Source of the DNA: the human T2T-CHM13v2.0 reference genome, Homo sapiens
Strand: one strand, 5' to 3'
DNA length: 64,000 nucleotides
Assembly (NCBI RefSeq): GCF_009914755.1
Contig: NC_060939.1
The position numbers and the translations under genes were made by a program. The notes beneath the pieces were generated by a model. The model was not told where the DNA came from. It worked only from the letters and a program-made list of their open reading frames with translations, and did no database searches. This document shows, piece after piece, positions 13,801 to 27,000 of the stretch (position 1 is the stretch's first letter; each line of letters opens with the position of its first letter).

Positions 13801-16800
13801 CTTCCATTCCATTCGTGTCCATTGCATTCCAGTCCATTCCATTTGTGTCCACTGCATTCCATTCCACTCCATTCCATATTATTCCATTACACTCCATTCC
13901 ATTCTATTACTTTCATTTCCATTGAATTCCATTCCATTTGATTCCATTCCACTCGGTTTCATTCCATTTGAGTCCACTCCACTCCATTCCATTCCATTCC
14001 ATTCCATTCAGTTCCATTCCATTCTGTTCCATTCCATTCCGTTCCATTGCATTCCATTCCATTCGGTACCATTCCATATTGTTCCATTCGATTCCATTCG
14101 AATCCATTCCATTCCAGTCCATTCCATTCGATTCCATTCCATTCCTTTCAATTCCATTCCATTCCATTCCATTCCACTTGATTCCACTCCATTCCCTTCC
14201 ACTGCATTCCATTGCATTGCATTCCATTCCATTGGACTGCATTCCATTCGATTCCATTCCATTCGAATCAATTACATAGCAATCCATTACATTCGAGTCT
14301 ATTCTCTTCCGTTCCATTCGATTTCGTTCCAATCCATTCGATTCCATTCCATTCGATTCCATTCCATACTATTGCATTCCATTCGATTACATTATATTCG
14401 AATAAGTTCCATTCAAGACCATTTCTTTTGAGTCCATTCTATTTGAGTCCATTCCCTTTGATTCCATAACATTTGAGTCCATTCAATTCCATTCCTTTCG
14501 TTTCCATTCCATTTGATGCCATTCCATTCAATTCTGTTCTACTCGACTCCAATACATTCAATTCCATTCCATCCGATTCCATTACATTCTTTTCATTTCT
14601 TATCCATTTCAAGCCATTCCACTCCATTCCATTCCACTCGTTTCCTTTCCATTCGAGTCCATTCCTCTCCAGTCCATTCCGTTCAATCCATTCCATTCCA
14701 GTCCATTCCATTCGAGTCTGTTCCATTCCAGTCCATTCCATTCGAGTCAATTCCATCCCATTCGATGTCTTTCCATAACGATCCATTCCATTCTATTCCT
14801 TTCGATTCCATTCCATTCTATTTCATTCCATTCGATTCCCTTCCATTGGACTCCTTTCCATTCGAGTGCATTCCATTCCGTTCCATTTCTTTCCGTTCTG
14901 TACGATTCCTACCGTTCGATTTCATTTTCTTCCAGTCCATTCTTTCGCGTCCATTCCATTCCATTTCACTCCATTCGATTCCATTCCACTCGATTCCACT
15001 TCGTTCCATTTCATTGCATTCCATTCTATTCAACTCTATTGCCTTCCATTCCATTCCATTCGATTACATTCCATGCGATTCCATTCGAAATCGAATCAAT
15101 TACATTGCAATCCATTACTATTGAGTCCGTTTTATTCCAGTCCACTGCATTCTGGTCCATTCCATTTGATTCCATTCCATTCTATTCCATTCCATACAGT
15201 TGCATTCCATTGGATTCCATGCTATATCTATAAATTCAATTCGAGACCATTGCTTTTGAGTCCATTCTATATGATTCCATTCCATTCAAGTCCATTACAT
15301 TTGGTTAAATTCCATTCCATTCGGTTCAATTCCATTCCATTCCATTCCCTTCCATTCCATTCCAGTTGATATCAATCCATTCGATTCCATTCCATTCGAG
15401 CACATTCCATTCGAGTCCATTCCATTCGATGCCATTCCATTTGATTCTATTCCATTAGTCTCCATTCAATTCCATTAATCTCCATTCCATTCCATTCTAC
15501 TCCAACTGATTCCATTCCATTCTGTTCCTTTCCATTCCATTTCATTCCATTCCATTCCATTCCATTCCATTCCATTCCATTCCATTCGTGTCCATTCCAC
15601 TCCAGTCCATTCCATTCGTATCCATTCCATTCCAGTCCATTCCATTTGTGTCCACTGCATTCCATTCCACTCCATTCCATATTATTCCATTACACTCCAT
15701 TCCATTCTATTACTTTCATTTCCATTCAATTCCATTCCATTTGATTCCATTCCACTCGGTTTCATTCCATTTGAGTCCACTCCATTCCATTCCATTCCAT
15801 TCAGTTCCATTCCATTCTGTTCCATTCCATTCCGTTCCGTTACATTCCATTCCATTCGGTACCATTCCATATTGTTCCATTCGATTCCATTCGAATCCAT
15901 TCCATTCCAGTCCATTCCATTCGATTCCATTCCATTCCTTTCAATTCCATTCCATTCCATTCCATTACATTCCACTTGATTCCTCTCCATTCCCTTCCAC
16001 TGCATTCCGTTCGATTCCATTCCATTGCATTGCATTCCATTCCATTGGATTGCATTCCATTCGATTCCATTCCATTCGAATCAATTACATAGCAATCCAT
16101 TACATTCGAGTCTATTCTCTTCCGTTCCATTCGATTTCGTTCCAATCCATTCGATTCCATTCCATTCGATTCCATTCCATACTATTGCATTCCATTCGAT
16201 TACATTATATTCGAATAAGTTCCATTCAAGACCATTTCTTTTGAGTCCATTCTATTTGAGTCCATTCCCTTTGATTCCATAACATTTGAGTCCATTCAAT
16301 TCCATTCCTTTCGTTTCCATTCCATTTGATGCCATTCCATTCAATTCTGTTCTACTCGACTCCAATACATTCAATTCCATTCCATCCGATTCCATTACAT
16401 TCTTTTCATTTCTTATCCATTTCAAGCCATTCCACTCCATTCCATTCCACTCGTTTCCTTTCCATTCGAGTCCATTCCTCTCCAGTCCATTCCGTTCAAT
16501 CCATTCCATTCCAGTCCATTCCATTCGAGTCCGTTCCATTCCAGTCCATTCCATTCGAGTCAATTCCATTCCATTCGATGTCTTTCCATAACGATCCATT
16601 CCATTCTATTCCTTTCGATTCCATTCCATTCTATTTCATTCCATTCGATTCCCTTCCATTGGACTCCTTTCCATTCGAGTGCATTCCATTCCGTTCCATT
16701 TCTTTCCGTTCTGTACGATTCCTACCGTTCGATTTCATTTTGTTCCAGTCCATTCCTTTCGCGTCCATTCCATTCCATTTCACTCCATTCGATTCCATTC

Positions 16801-18094
16801 CACTCGATTCCACTTTGTTCCATTTCATTGCATTCCATTCTATTCAACTCTATTGCCTTCCATTCCATTCCATTCCATTACATTCCATGCGATTCCATTC
16901 GAAATCGAATCAATTACATTGCAAACCATTACTATTGAGTCCGTTTTATTCCAGTCCACTGCATTCTGGTCCATTCCATTTGATTCCATTCCATTCTATT
17001 CCATTCCATACAGTTGCATTCCATTGGATTCCATGCTATATCTATAAATTCAATTCGAGACCATTGCTTTTGAGTCCATTCTATATGATTCCATTCCATT
17101 CAAGTCCATTACATTTGGTTCAATTCCATTCCATTCGGTTCAATTCCATTCCATTCCATTCCCTTCCATTCCATTCCAGTTGATATCAATCCATTCGATT
17201 CCATTCCATTCGAGCACATTCCATTCGAGTCCATTCCATTCGATGCCATTCCATTTGATTCTATTCCATTAGTCTCCATTCAATTCCATTAATCTCCATT
17301 CCATTCCATTCTACTCCAACTGATTCCATTCCATTCTATTCCTTTCCATTCCATTTCATTCCATTCCATTCCATTCCATTCCATTCCATTCCATTCGTGA
17401 CCATTCCACTCCAGTCCATTCCATTCGTATCCATTCCATTCCAGTCCATTCCATTTGTGTCCACTGCATTCCATTCCACTCCATTCCATATTATTCCATT
17501 ACACTCCATTCCATTCTATTACTTTCATTTCCATTCAATTCCATTCCATTTGATTCCATTCCACTCGGTTTCATTCCATTTGAGTCCACTCCATTCCATT
17601 CCATTCCATTCAGTTCCATTCCATTCTGTTCCATTCCATTCCGTTCCATTACATTCCATTCCATTCGGTACCATTCCATATTGTTCCATTCGATTCCATT
17701 CGAATCCATTCCATTCCAGTCCATTCCATTCGATTCCATTCCATTCATTTCAATTCCATTCCATTCCATTCCATTACATTCCACTTGATTCCTCTCCATT
17801 CCCTTCCACTGCATTCCGTTCGATTCCATTCCATTGCATTGCATTCCATTCCATTGGATTGCATTCCATTCGATTCCATTCCATTCGAATCAATTACATA
17901 GCAATCCATTACATTCGAGTCTATTCTCTTCCGTTCCATTCGATTTCGTTCCAATCCATTCGATTCCATTCCATTCGATTCCATTCCATACTATTGCATT
18001 CCATTCGATTACATTATATTCGAATACGTTCCATTCAAGACCATTTCTTTTGAGTCCATTCTATTTGAGTCCATTCCCTTTGATTCCATAACAT

Positions 18095-21000
18095 TTGAGT
18101 CCATTCAATTCCATTCCTTTCGTTTCCATTCCATTTGATGCCATTCCATTCAATTCTGTTCTACTCGACTCCAATACATTCAATTCCATTCCATCCGATT
18201 CCATTACATTCTTTTCATTTCTAATCCATTTCAAGCCATTCCACTCCATTCCACTCCACTCGTTTCCTTTCCATTCGAGTCCATTCCTCTCCAGTCCATT
18301 CCGTTCAATCCATTCCATTCCAGTCCATTCCATTCGAGTCCGTTCCATTCCAGTCCATTCCATTCGAGTCAATTCCATTCCATTCGATGTCTTTCCATAA
18401 CGATCCATTCCATTCTATTCCTTTCGACTCCATTCCATTCTATTTCATTCCATTCGATTCCCTTCCATTGGACTCCTTTCCATTCGAGTGCATTCCATTC
18501 CGTTCCATTTCTTTCCGTTCTCTACGATTCCTACCGTTCGATTTCATTTTGTTCCAGTCCATTCCTTTCGCGTCCATTCCATTCCATTTCACTCGATTGG
18601 ATTCCATTCCACTCGATTCCACTTCGTTCCATTTCATTGCATTCCATTCTATTCAACTCTATTGCCTTCCATTCCATTCCATTCGATTACATTCCATGCG
18701 ATTCCATTCGAAATCGAAACAATTACATTGCAAACCATTACTATTGAGTCCGTTTTATTCCAGTCCACTGCATTCTGGTCCATTCCATTTGATTCCATTC
18801 CATTCTATTCCATTCCATACAGTTGCATTCCATTGGATTCCATGCTATATCTATAAATTCAATTCGAGACCATTGCTTTTGAGTCCATTCTATATGATTC
18901 CATTCCATTCAAGTCCATTACATTTGGTTCAATTCCATTCCATTCCATTCCCTTCCATTCCATTCCATTTGATATCAATCCATTCGATTCCATTCCATTC
19001 GAGCACATTCCATTCGAGTCCATTCCATTCGATGCCATTCCATTTGATTCTATTCCATTAGTCTCCATTCAATTCCATTAATCTCCATTCCATTCCATTC
19101 TAATCCAACTGATTCCATTCCATTCTATTCCTTTCCATTCCATTTCATTCCATTCCATTCCATTTCATTCCATTCCATTCCATTCGTGTCCATTCCACTC
19201 CAGTCCATTCCATTCGTGTCCATTCCATTCCAGTCCATTCCATTTGTGTCCACTGCATTCCATTCCACTCCATTCCATATTATTCCATTACACTCCATTC
19301 CATTCTATTACTTTCATTTCCATTCAATTCCACTCCATTTGATTCCATTCCACTCGGTTTCATTCCATTTGAGTCCACTCCATTCCATTCCATTCCATTC
19401 CATTCAGTTCCATTCCATTCCGTTCCATTACATTCCATTCCATTCGGTACCATTCCATATTGTTCCATTCGATTCCATTCGAATCCATTCCATTCCAGTC
19501 CATTCCATTCGATTCCATTCCATTCATTTCAATTCCATTCCATTCCATTCCATTCCATTCCACTTGATTCCTCTCCATTCCCTTCCACTGCATTCCGTTC
19601 GATTCCATTCCATTGCATTGCATTCCATTCCTTTGGATTGCATTCCATTCGATTCCATTCCATTCGAATCAATTACATAGCAATCCATTACATTCGAGTC
19701 TATTCTATTCCGTTCCATTCGATTTCGTTCCAATCCATTCGATTCCATTCCATTCGATTCCATTCCATACTATTGCATTCCATTCGATTACATTATATTC
19801 GAATAAGTTCCATTCAAGACCATTTCTTTTGAGTCCTTTCTATTTGAGTCCATTCCCTTTGATTCCATAACATTTGAGTCCATTCAATTCCATTCCTTTC
19901 GTTTCCATTCCATTTGATGCCATTCCATTCAATTCTGTTCTACTCGACTCCAATACATTCAATTCCATTCCATCCGATTCCATTACATTCTTTTCATTTC
20001 TTATCCATTTCAAGCCATTCCACTCGATTCCATTCCACTCGTTTCCTTTCCATTCGAGTCCATTCCTCTCCAGTCCATTCCGTTCAATCCATTCCATTCC
20101 AGTCCATTCCATTCGAGTCCGTTCCATTCCAGTCCATTCCATTCGAGTCAATTCCATCCCATTCGATGTCTTTCCATAACGATCCATTCCATTCTATTCC
20201 TTTCGATTCCATTCCATTCTATTTCATTCCATTCGATTCCCTTCCATTGGACTCCTTTCCATTCGAGTGCATTCCATTCCGTTCCATTTCTTTCCGTTCT
20301 GTACGATTCCTACCGTTCGATTTCATTTTGTTCCAGTCCATTCCTTTCGCGTCCATTCCATTCCATTTCACTCCATTCGATTCCATTCCACTCGATTCCA
20401 CTTCGTTCCATATCATTGCATTCCATTCTATTCAACTCTATTGCCTTCCATTCCATTCCATTCGATTACATTCCATGCGATTCCATTCGAAATCGAATCA
20501 ATTACATTGCAATCCATTACTATTGAGTCCATTTTATTCCAGTCCACTGCATTCTGGTCCATTCCATTTGATTCCATTCCATTCTATTCCATTCCATACA
20601 GTTGCATTCCATTGAACTCCATTGTATATCTATAAATTCAATTCGAGACCATTGCTTTTGAGTCCATTCTATATGATTCCATTCCATTCAAGTCCATTAC
20701 ATTTGGTTCAATTCCATTCCATTCCATTCCCTTCCATTCCATTCCAGTTGATATCAATCCATTCGATTCCATTCCATTCGAGCACATTCCATTCGAGTCC
20801 ATTCCATTCGATGCCATTCCATTTGATTCTATTCCATTAGTCTCCATTCAATTCCATTAATCTGCATTCCATTCCATTCTACTCCAACTGATTCCATTCC
20901 ATTCTATTCCTTTCCATTCCATTTCATTCCATTCCATTCCATTTCATTCCATTCCATTCCATTCCATTCCATTCGCTTCCATTCCATTCGTGTCCATTGC

Positions 21001-24000
21001 ATTCCAGTCCATTCCATTTGTGTCCACTGCATTCCATTCCACTCCATTCCATATTATTCCATTACACTCCATTCCATTCTATTACTTTCATTTCCATTGA
21101 ATTCCATTCCATTTGATTCCATTCCACTCGGTTTCATTCCATTTGAGTCCACTCCACTCCATTCCATTCCATTCCATTCCATTCAGTTCCATTCCATTCT
21201 GTTCCATTCCATTCCGTTCCATTGCATTCCATTCCATTCGGTACCATTCCATATTGTTCCATTCGATTCCATTCGAATCCATTCCATTCCAGTCCATTCC
21301 ATTCGATTCCATTCCATTCCTTTCAATTCCATTCCATTCCATTCCATTCCACTTGATTCCACTCCATTCCCTTCCACTGCATTCCATTGCATTGCATTCC
21401 ATTCCATTGGACTGCATTCCATTCGATTCCATTCCATTCGAATCAATTACATAGCAATCCATTACATTCGAGTCTATTCTATTCCGTTCCATTCGATTTC
21501 GTTCCAATCCATTCGATTCCATTCCATTCGATTCCATTCCATACTATTGCATTCCATTCTATTACATTATATTCGAATAAGTTCCATTCAAGACCATTTC
21601 TTTTGAGTCCATTCTATTTGAGTCCATTCCCTTTGATTCCATAACATTTGAGTCCATTCAATTCCATTCCTTTCGTTTCCATTCCATTTGATGCCATTCC
21701 ATTCAATTCTGTTCTACTCGACTCCAATACATTCAATTCCATTCCATCCGATTCCATTACATTCTTTTCATTTCTTATCCATTTCAAGCCATTCCACTCC
21801 ATTCCATTCCACTCGTTTCCTTTCCATTCGAGTCCATTCCTCTCCAGTCCATTCCGTTCAATCCATTCCATTCCAGTCCATTCCATTCGAGTCTGTTCCA
21901 TTCCAGTCCATTCCATTCGAGTCAATTCCATCCCATTCGATGTCTTTCCATAACGATCCATTCCATTCTATTCCTTTCGATTCCATTCCATTCTATTTCA
22001 TTCCATTCGATTCCCTTCCATTGGACTCCTTTCCATTCGAGTGCATTCCATTCCGTTCCATTTCTTTCCGTTCTGTACGATTCCTACCGTTCGATTTCAT
22101 TTTCTTCCAGTCCATTCTTTCGCGTCCATTCCATTCCATTTCACTCCATTCGATTCCATTCCACTCGATTCCACTTCGTTCCATTTCATTGCATTCCATT
22201 CTATTCAACTCTATTGCCTTCCATTCCATTCCATTCGATTACATTCCATGCGATTCCATTCGAAATCGAATCAATTACATTGCAATCCATTACTATTGAG
22301 TCCGTTTTAATCCAGTCCACTGCATTCTGGTCCATTCCATTTGATTCCATTCCATTCTATTCCATTCCATACAGTTGCATTCCATTGGATTCCATGCTAT
22401 ATCTATAAATTCAATTCGAGACCATTGCTTTTGAGTCCATTCTATATGATTCCATTCCATTCAAGTCCATTACATTTGGTTAAATTCCATTCCATTCGGT
22501 TCAATTCCATTCCATTCCATTCCCTTCCATTCCATTCCAGTTGATATCAATCCATTCGATTCCATTCCATTCGAGCACATTCCATTCGAGTCCATTCCAT
22601 TCGATGCCATTCCATTTGATTCTATTCCATTAGTCTCCATTCAATTCCATTAATCTCCATTCCATTCCATTCTACTCCAACTGATTCCATTCCATTCTGT
22701 TCCTTTCCATTCCATTTCATTCCATTCCATTCCATTCCATTCCATTCCATTCCATTCCATTCGTGTCCATTCCACTCCAGTCCATTCCATTCGTATCCAT
22801 TCCATTCCAGTCCATTCCATTTGTGTCCACTGCATTCCATTCCACTTCATTCCATATTATTCCATTACACTCCATTCCATTCTATTACTTTCATTTCCAT
22901 TCAATTCCATTCCATTTGATTCCATTCCACTCGGTTTCATTCCATTTGAGTCCACTCCATTCCATTCCATTCCATTCAGTTCCATTCCATTCTGTTCCAT
23001 TCCATTCCGTTCCGTTACATTCCATTCCATTCGGTACCATTCCATATTGTTCCATTCGATTCCATTCGAATCCATTCCATTCCAGTCCATTCCATTCGAT
23101 TTCATTCCATTCATTTCAATTCCATTCCATTCCATTCCATTACATTCCACTTGATTCCTCTCCATTCCCTTCCACTGCATTCCGTTCGATTCCATTCCAT
23201 TGCATTGCATTCCATTCCATTGGATTGCATTCCATTCGATTCCATTCCATTCGAATCAATTACATAGCAATCCATTACATTCGAGTCTATTCTATTCCGT
23301 TCCATTCGATTTCGTTCCAATCCATTCGATTCCATTCCATTCGATTCCATTCCATACTATTGCATTCCATTCGATTACATTATATTCGAATAAGTTCCAT
23401 TCAAGACCATTTCTTTTGAGTCCATTCTATTTGAGTCCATTCCCTTTGATTCCATAACATTTGAGTCCATTCAATTCCATTCCTTTCGTTTCCATTCCAT
23501 TTGATGCCATTCCATTCAATTCTGTTCTACTCGACTCCAATACATTCAATTCCATTCCATCCGATTCCATTACATTCTTTTCATTTCTTATCCATTTCAA
23601 GCCATTCCACTCCATTCCATTCCACTCGTTTCCTTTCCATTCGAGTCCATTCCTCTCCAGTCCATTCCGTTCAATCCATTCCATTCCAGTCCATTCCATT
23701 CGAGTCCGTTCCATTCCAGTCCATTCCATTCGAGTCAATTCCATTCCATTTGATGTCTTTCCATAACGATCCATTCCATTCTATTCCTTTCGATTCCATT
23801 CCATTCTATTTCATTCCATTCGATTCCCTTCCATTGGACTCCTTTCCATTCGAGTGCATTCCATTCCGTTCCATTTCTTTCCGTTCTGTAGGATTCCTAC
23901 TGTTCGATTTCATTTTGTTCCAGTCCATTCTTTCGCGTCCATTCCATTCCATTTCACTCCATTCGATTCCATTCCACTCGATTCCACTTCGTTCCATTTC

Positions 24001-27000
24001 ATTGCATTCCATTCTATTCAACTCTATTGCCTTCCATTCCATTCCATTCCATTACATTCCATGCGATTCCATTCGAAATCGAATCAATTACATTGCAATC
24101 CATTACTATTGAGTCCATTTTATTCCAGTCCACTGCATTCTGGTCCATTCCATTTGATTCCATTCCATTCTATTCCATTCCATACAGTTGCATTCCATTG
24201 AACTCCATTGTATATCTATAAATTCAATTCGAGACCATTGCTTTTGAGTCCATTCTATATGATTCCATTCCATTCAAGTCCATTACATTTGGTTCAATTC
24301 CATTCCATTCCATTCCCTTCCATTCCATTCCAGTTGATATCAATCCATTCGATTCCATTCCATTCGAGCACATTCCATTCGAGTCCATTCCATTCGATGC
24401 CATTCCATTTGATTCTATTCCATTAGTCTCCATTCAATTCCATTAATCTGCATTCCATTCCATTCTACTCCAACTGATTCCATTCCATTCTATTCCTTTC
24501 CATTCCATTTCATTCCATTCCATTCCATTTCATTCCATTCCATTCCATTCCATTCCATTCGCTTCCATTCCATTCGTGTCCATTGCATTCCAGTCCATTC
24601 CATTTGTGTCCACTGCATTCCATTCCACTCCATTCCATATTATTCCATTACACTCCATTCCATTCTATTACTTTCATTTCCATTGAATTCCATTCCATTT
24701 GATTCCATTCCACTCGGTTTCATTCCATTTGAGTCCACTCCACTCCATTCCATTCCATTCCATTCCATTCAGTTCCATTCCATTCTGTTCCATTCCATTC
24801 CGTTCCATTGCATTCCATTCCATTCGGTACCATTCCATATTGTTCCATTCGATTCCATTCGAATCCATTCCATTCCAGTCCATTCCATTCGATTCCATTC
24901 CATTCCTTTCAATTCCATTCCATTCCATTCCATTCCACTTGATTCCACTCCATTCCCTTCCACTGCATTCCATTGCATTGCATTCCATTCCATTGGACTG
25001 CATTCCATTCGATTCCATTCCATTCGAATCAATTACATAGCAATCCATTACATTCGAGTCTATTCTATTCCGTTCCATTCGATTTCGTTCCAATCCATTC
25101 GATTCCATTCCATTCGATTCCATTCCATACTATTGCATTCCATTCTATTACATTATATTCGAATAAGTTCCATTCAAGACCATTTCTTTTGAGTCCATTC
25201 TATTTGAGTCCATTCCCTTTGATTCCATAACATTTGAGTCCATTCAATTCCATTCCTTTCGTTTCCATTCCATTTGATGCCATTCCATTCAATTCTGTTC
25301 TACTCGACTCCAATACATTCAATTCCATTCCATCCGATTCCATTACATTCTTTTCATTTCTTATCCATTTCAAGCCATTCCACTCCATTCCATTCCACTC
25401 GTTTCCTTTCCATTCGAGTCCATTCCTCTCCAGTCCATTCCGTTCAATCCATTCCATTCCAGTCCATTCCATTCGAGTCTGTTCCATTCCAGTCCATTCC
25501 ATTCGAGTCAATTCCATCCCATTCGATGTCTTTCCATAACGATCCATTCCATTCTATTCCTTTCGATTCCATTCCATTCTATTTCATTCCATTCGATTCC
25601 CTTCCATTGGACTCCTTTCCATTCGAGTGCATTCCATTCCGTTCCATTTCTTTCCGTTCTGTACGATTCCTACCGTTCGATTTCATTTTCTTCCAGTCCA
25701 TTCTTTCGCGTCCATTCCATTCCATTTCACTCCATTCGATTCCATTCCACTCGATTCCACTTCGTTCCATTTCATTGCATTCCATTCTATTCAACTCTAT
25801 TGCCTTCCATTCCATTCCATTCGATTACATTCCATGCGATTCCATTCGAAATCGAATCAATTACATTGCAATCCATTACTATTGAGTCCGTTTTATTCCA
25901 GTCCACTGCATTCTGGTCCATTCCATTTGATTCCATTCCATTCTATTCCATTCCATACAGTTGCATTCCATTGGATTCCATGCTATATCTATAAATTCAA
26001 TTCGAGACCATTGCTTTTGAGTCCATTCTATATGATTCCATTCCATTCAAGTCCATTACATTTGGTTAAATTCCATTCCATTCGGTTCAATTCCATTCCA
26101 TTCCATTCCCTTCCATTCCATTCCAGTTGATATCAATCCATTCGATTCCATTCCATTTGAGCACATTCCATTCGAGTCCATTCCATTCGATGCCATTCCA
26201 TTTGATTCTATTCCATTAGTCTCCATTCAATTCCATTAATCTCCATTCCATTCCATTCTACTCCAACTGATTCCATTCCATTCTGTTCCTTTCCATTCCG
26301 TTTCATTCCATTCCATTCCATTCCATTCCATTCCATTCCATTCCATTCGTGTCCATTCCACTCCAGTCCATTCCATTCGTATCCATTCCATTCCAGTCCA
26401 TTCCATTTGTGTCCACTGCATTCCATTCCACTCCATTCCATATTATTCCATTACACTCCATTCCATTCTATTACTTTCATTTCCATTCAATTCCATTCCA
26501 TTTGATTCCATTCCACTCGGTTTCATTCCATTTGAGTCCACTCCATTCCATTCCATTCCATTCAGTTCCATTCCATTCTGTTCCATTCCATTCCGTTCCG
26601 TTACATTCCATTCCATTTGGTACCATTCCATATTGTTCCATTCGATTCCATTCGAATCCATTCCATTCCAGTCCATTCCATTCGATTCCATTCCATTCCT
26701 TTCAATTCCATTCCATTCCATTCCATTACATTCCACTTGATTCCTCTCCATTCCCTTCCACTGCATTCAGTTCGATTCCATTCCTTTGCATTGCATTCCA
26801 TTCCATTGGATTGCATTCCATTCGATTCCATTCCATTCGAATCAATTACATAGCAATCCATTACATTCGAGTCTATTCTCTTCCGTTCCATTCGATTTCG
26901 TTCCAATCCATTCGATTCCATTCCATTCGATTCCATTCCATACTATTGCATTCCATTCGATTACATTATATTCGAATAAGTTCCATTCAAGACCATTTCT

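Larger units (their letters stand above)
7334..18094 (+). repeat. Six-unit block, copy 1 (U5-U10, 10,761 bp)
   Basis: Unit lengths 1779,1774,1813,1773,1813,1809 are repeated exactly in U11-U16 and rare variants are shared at +10,761. Boundaries are approximate. Confidence 0.9.
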
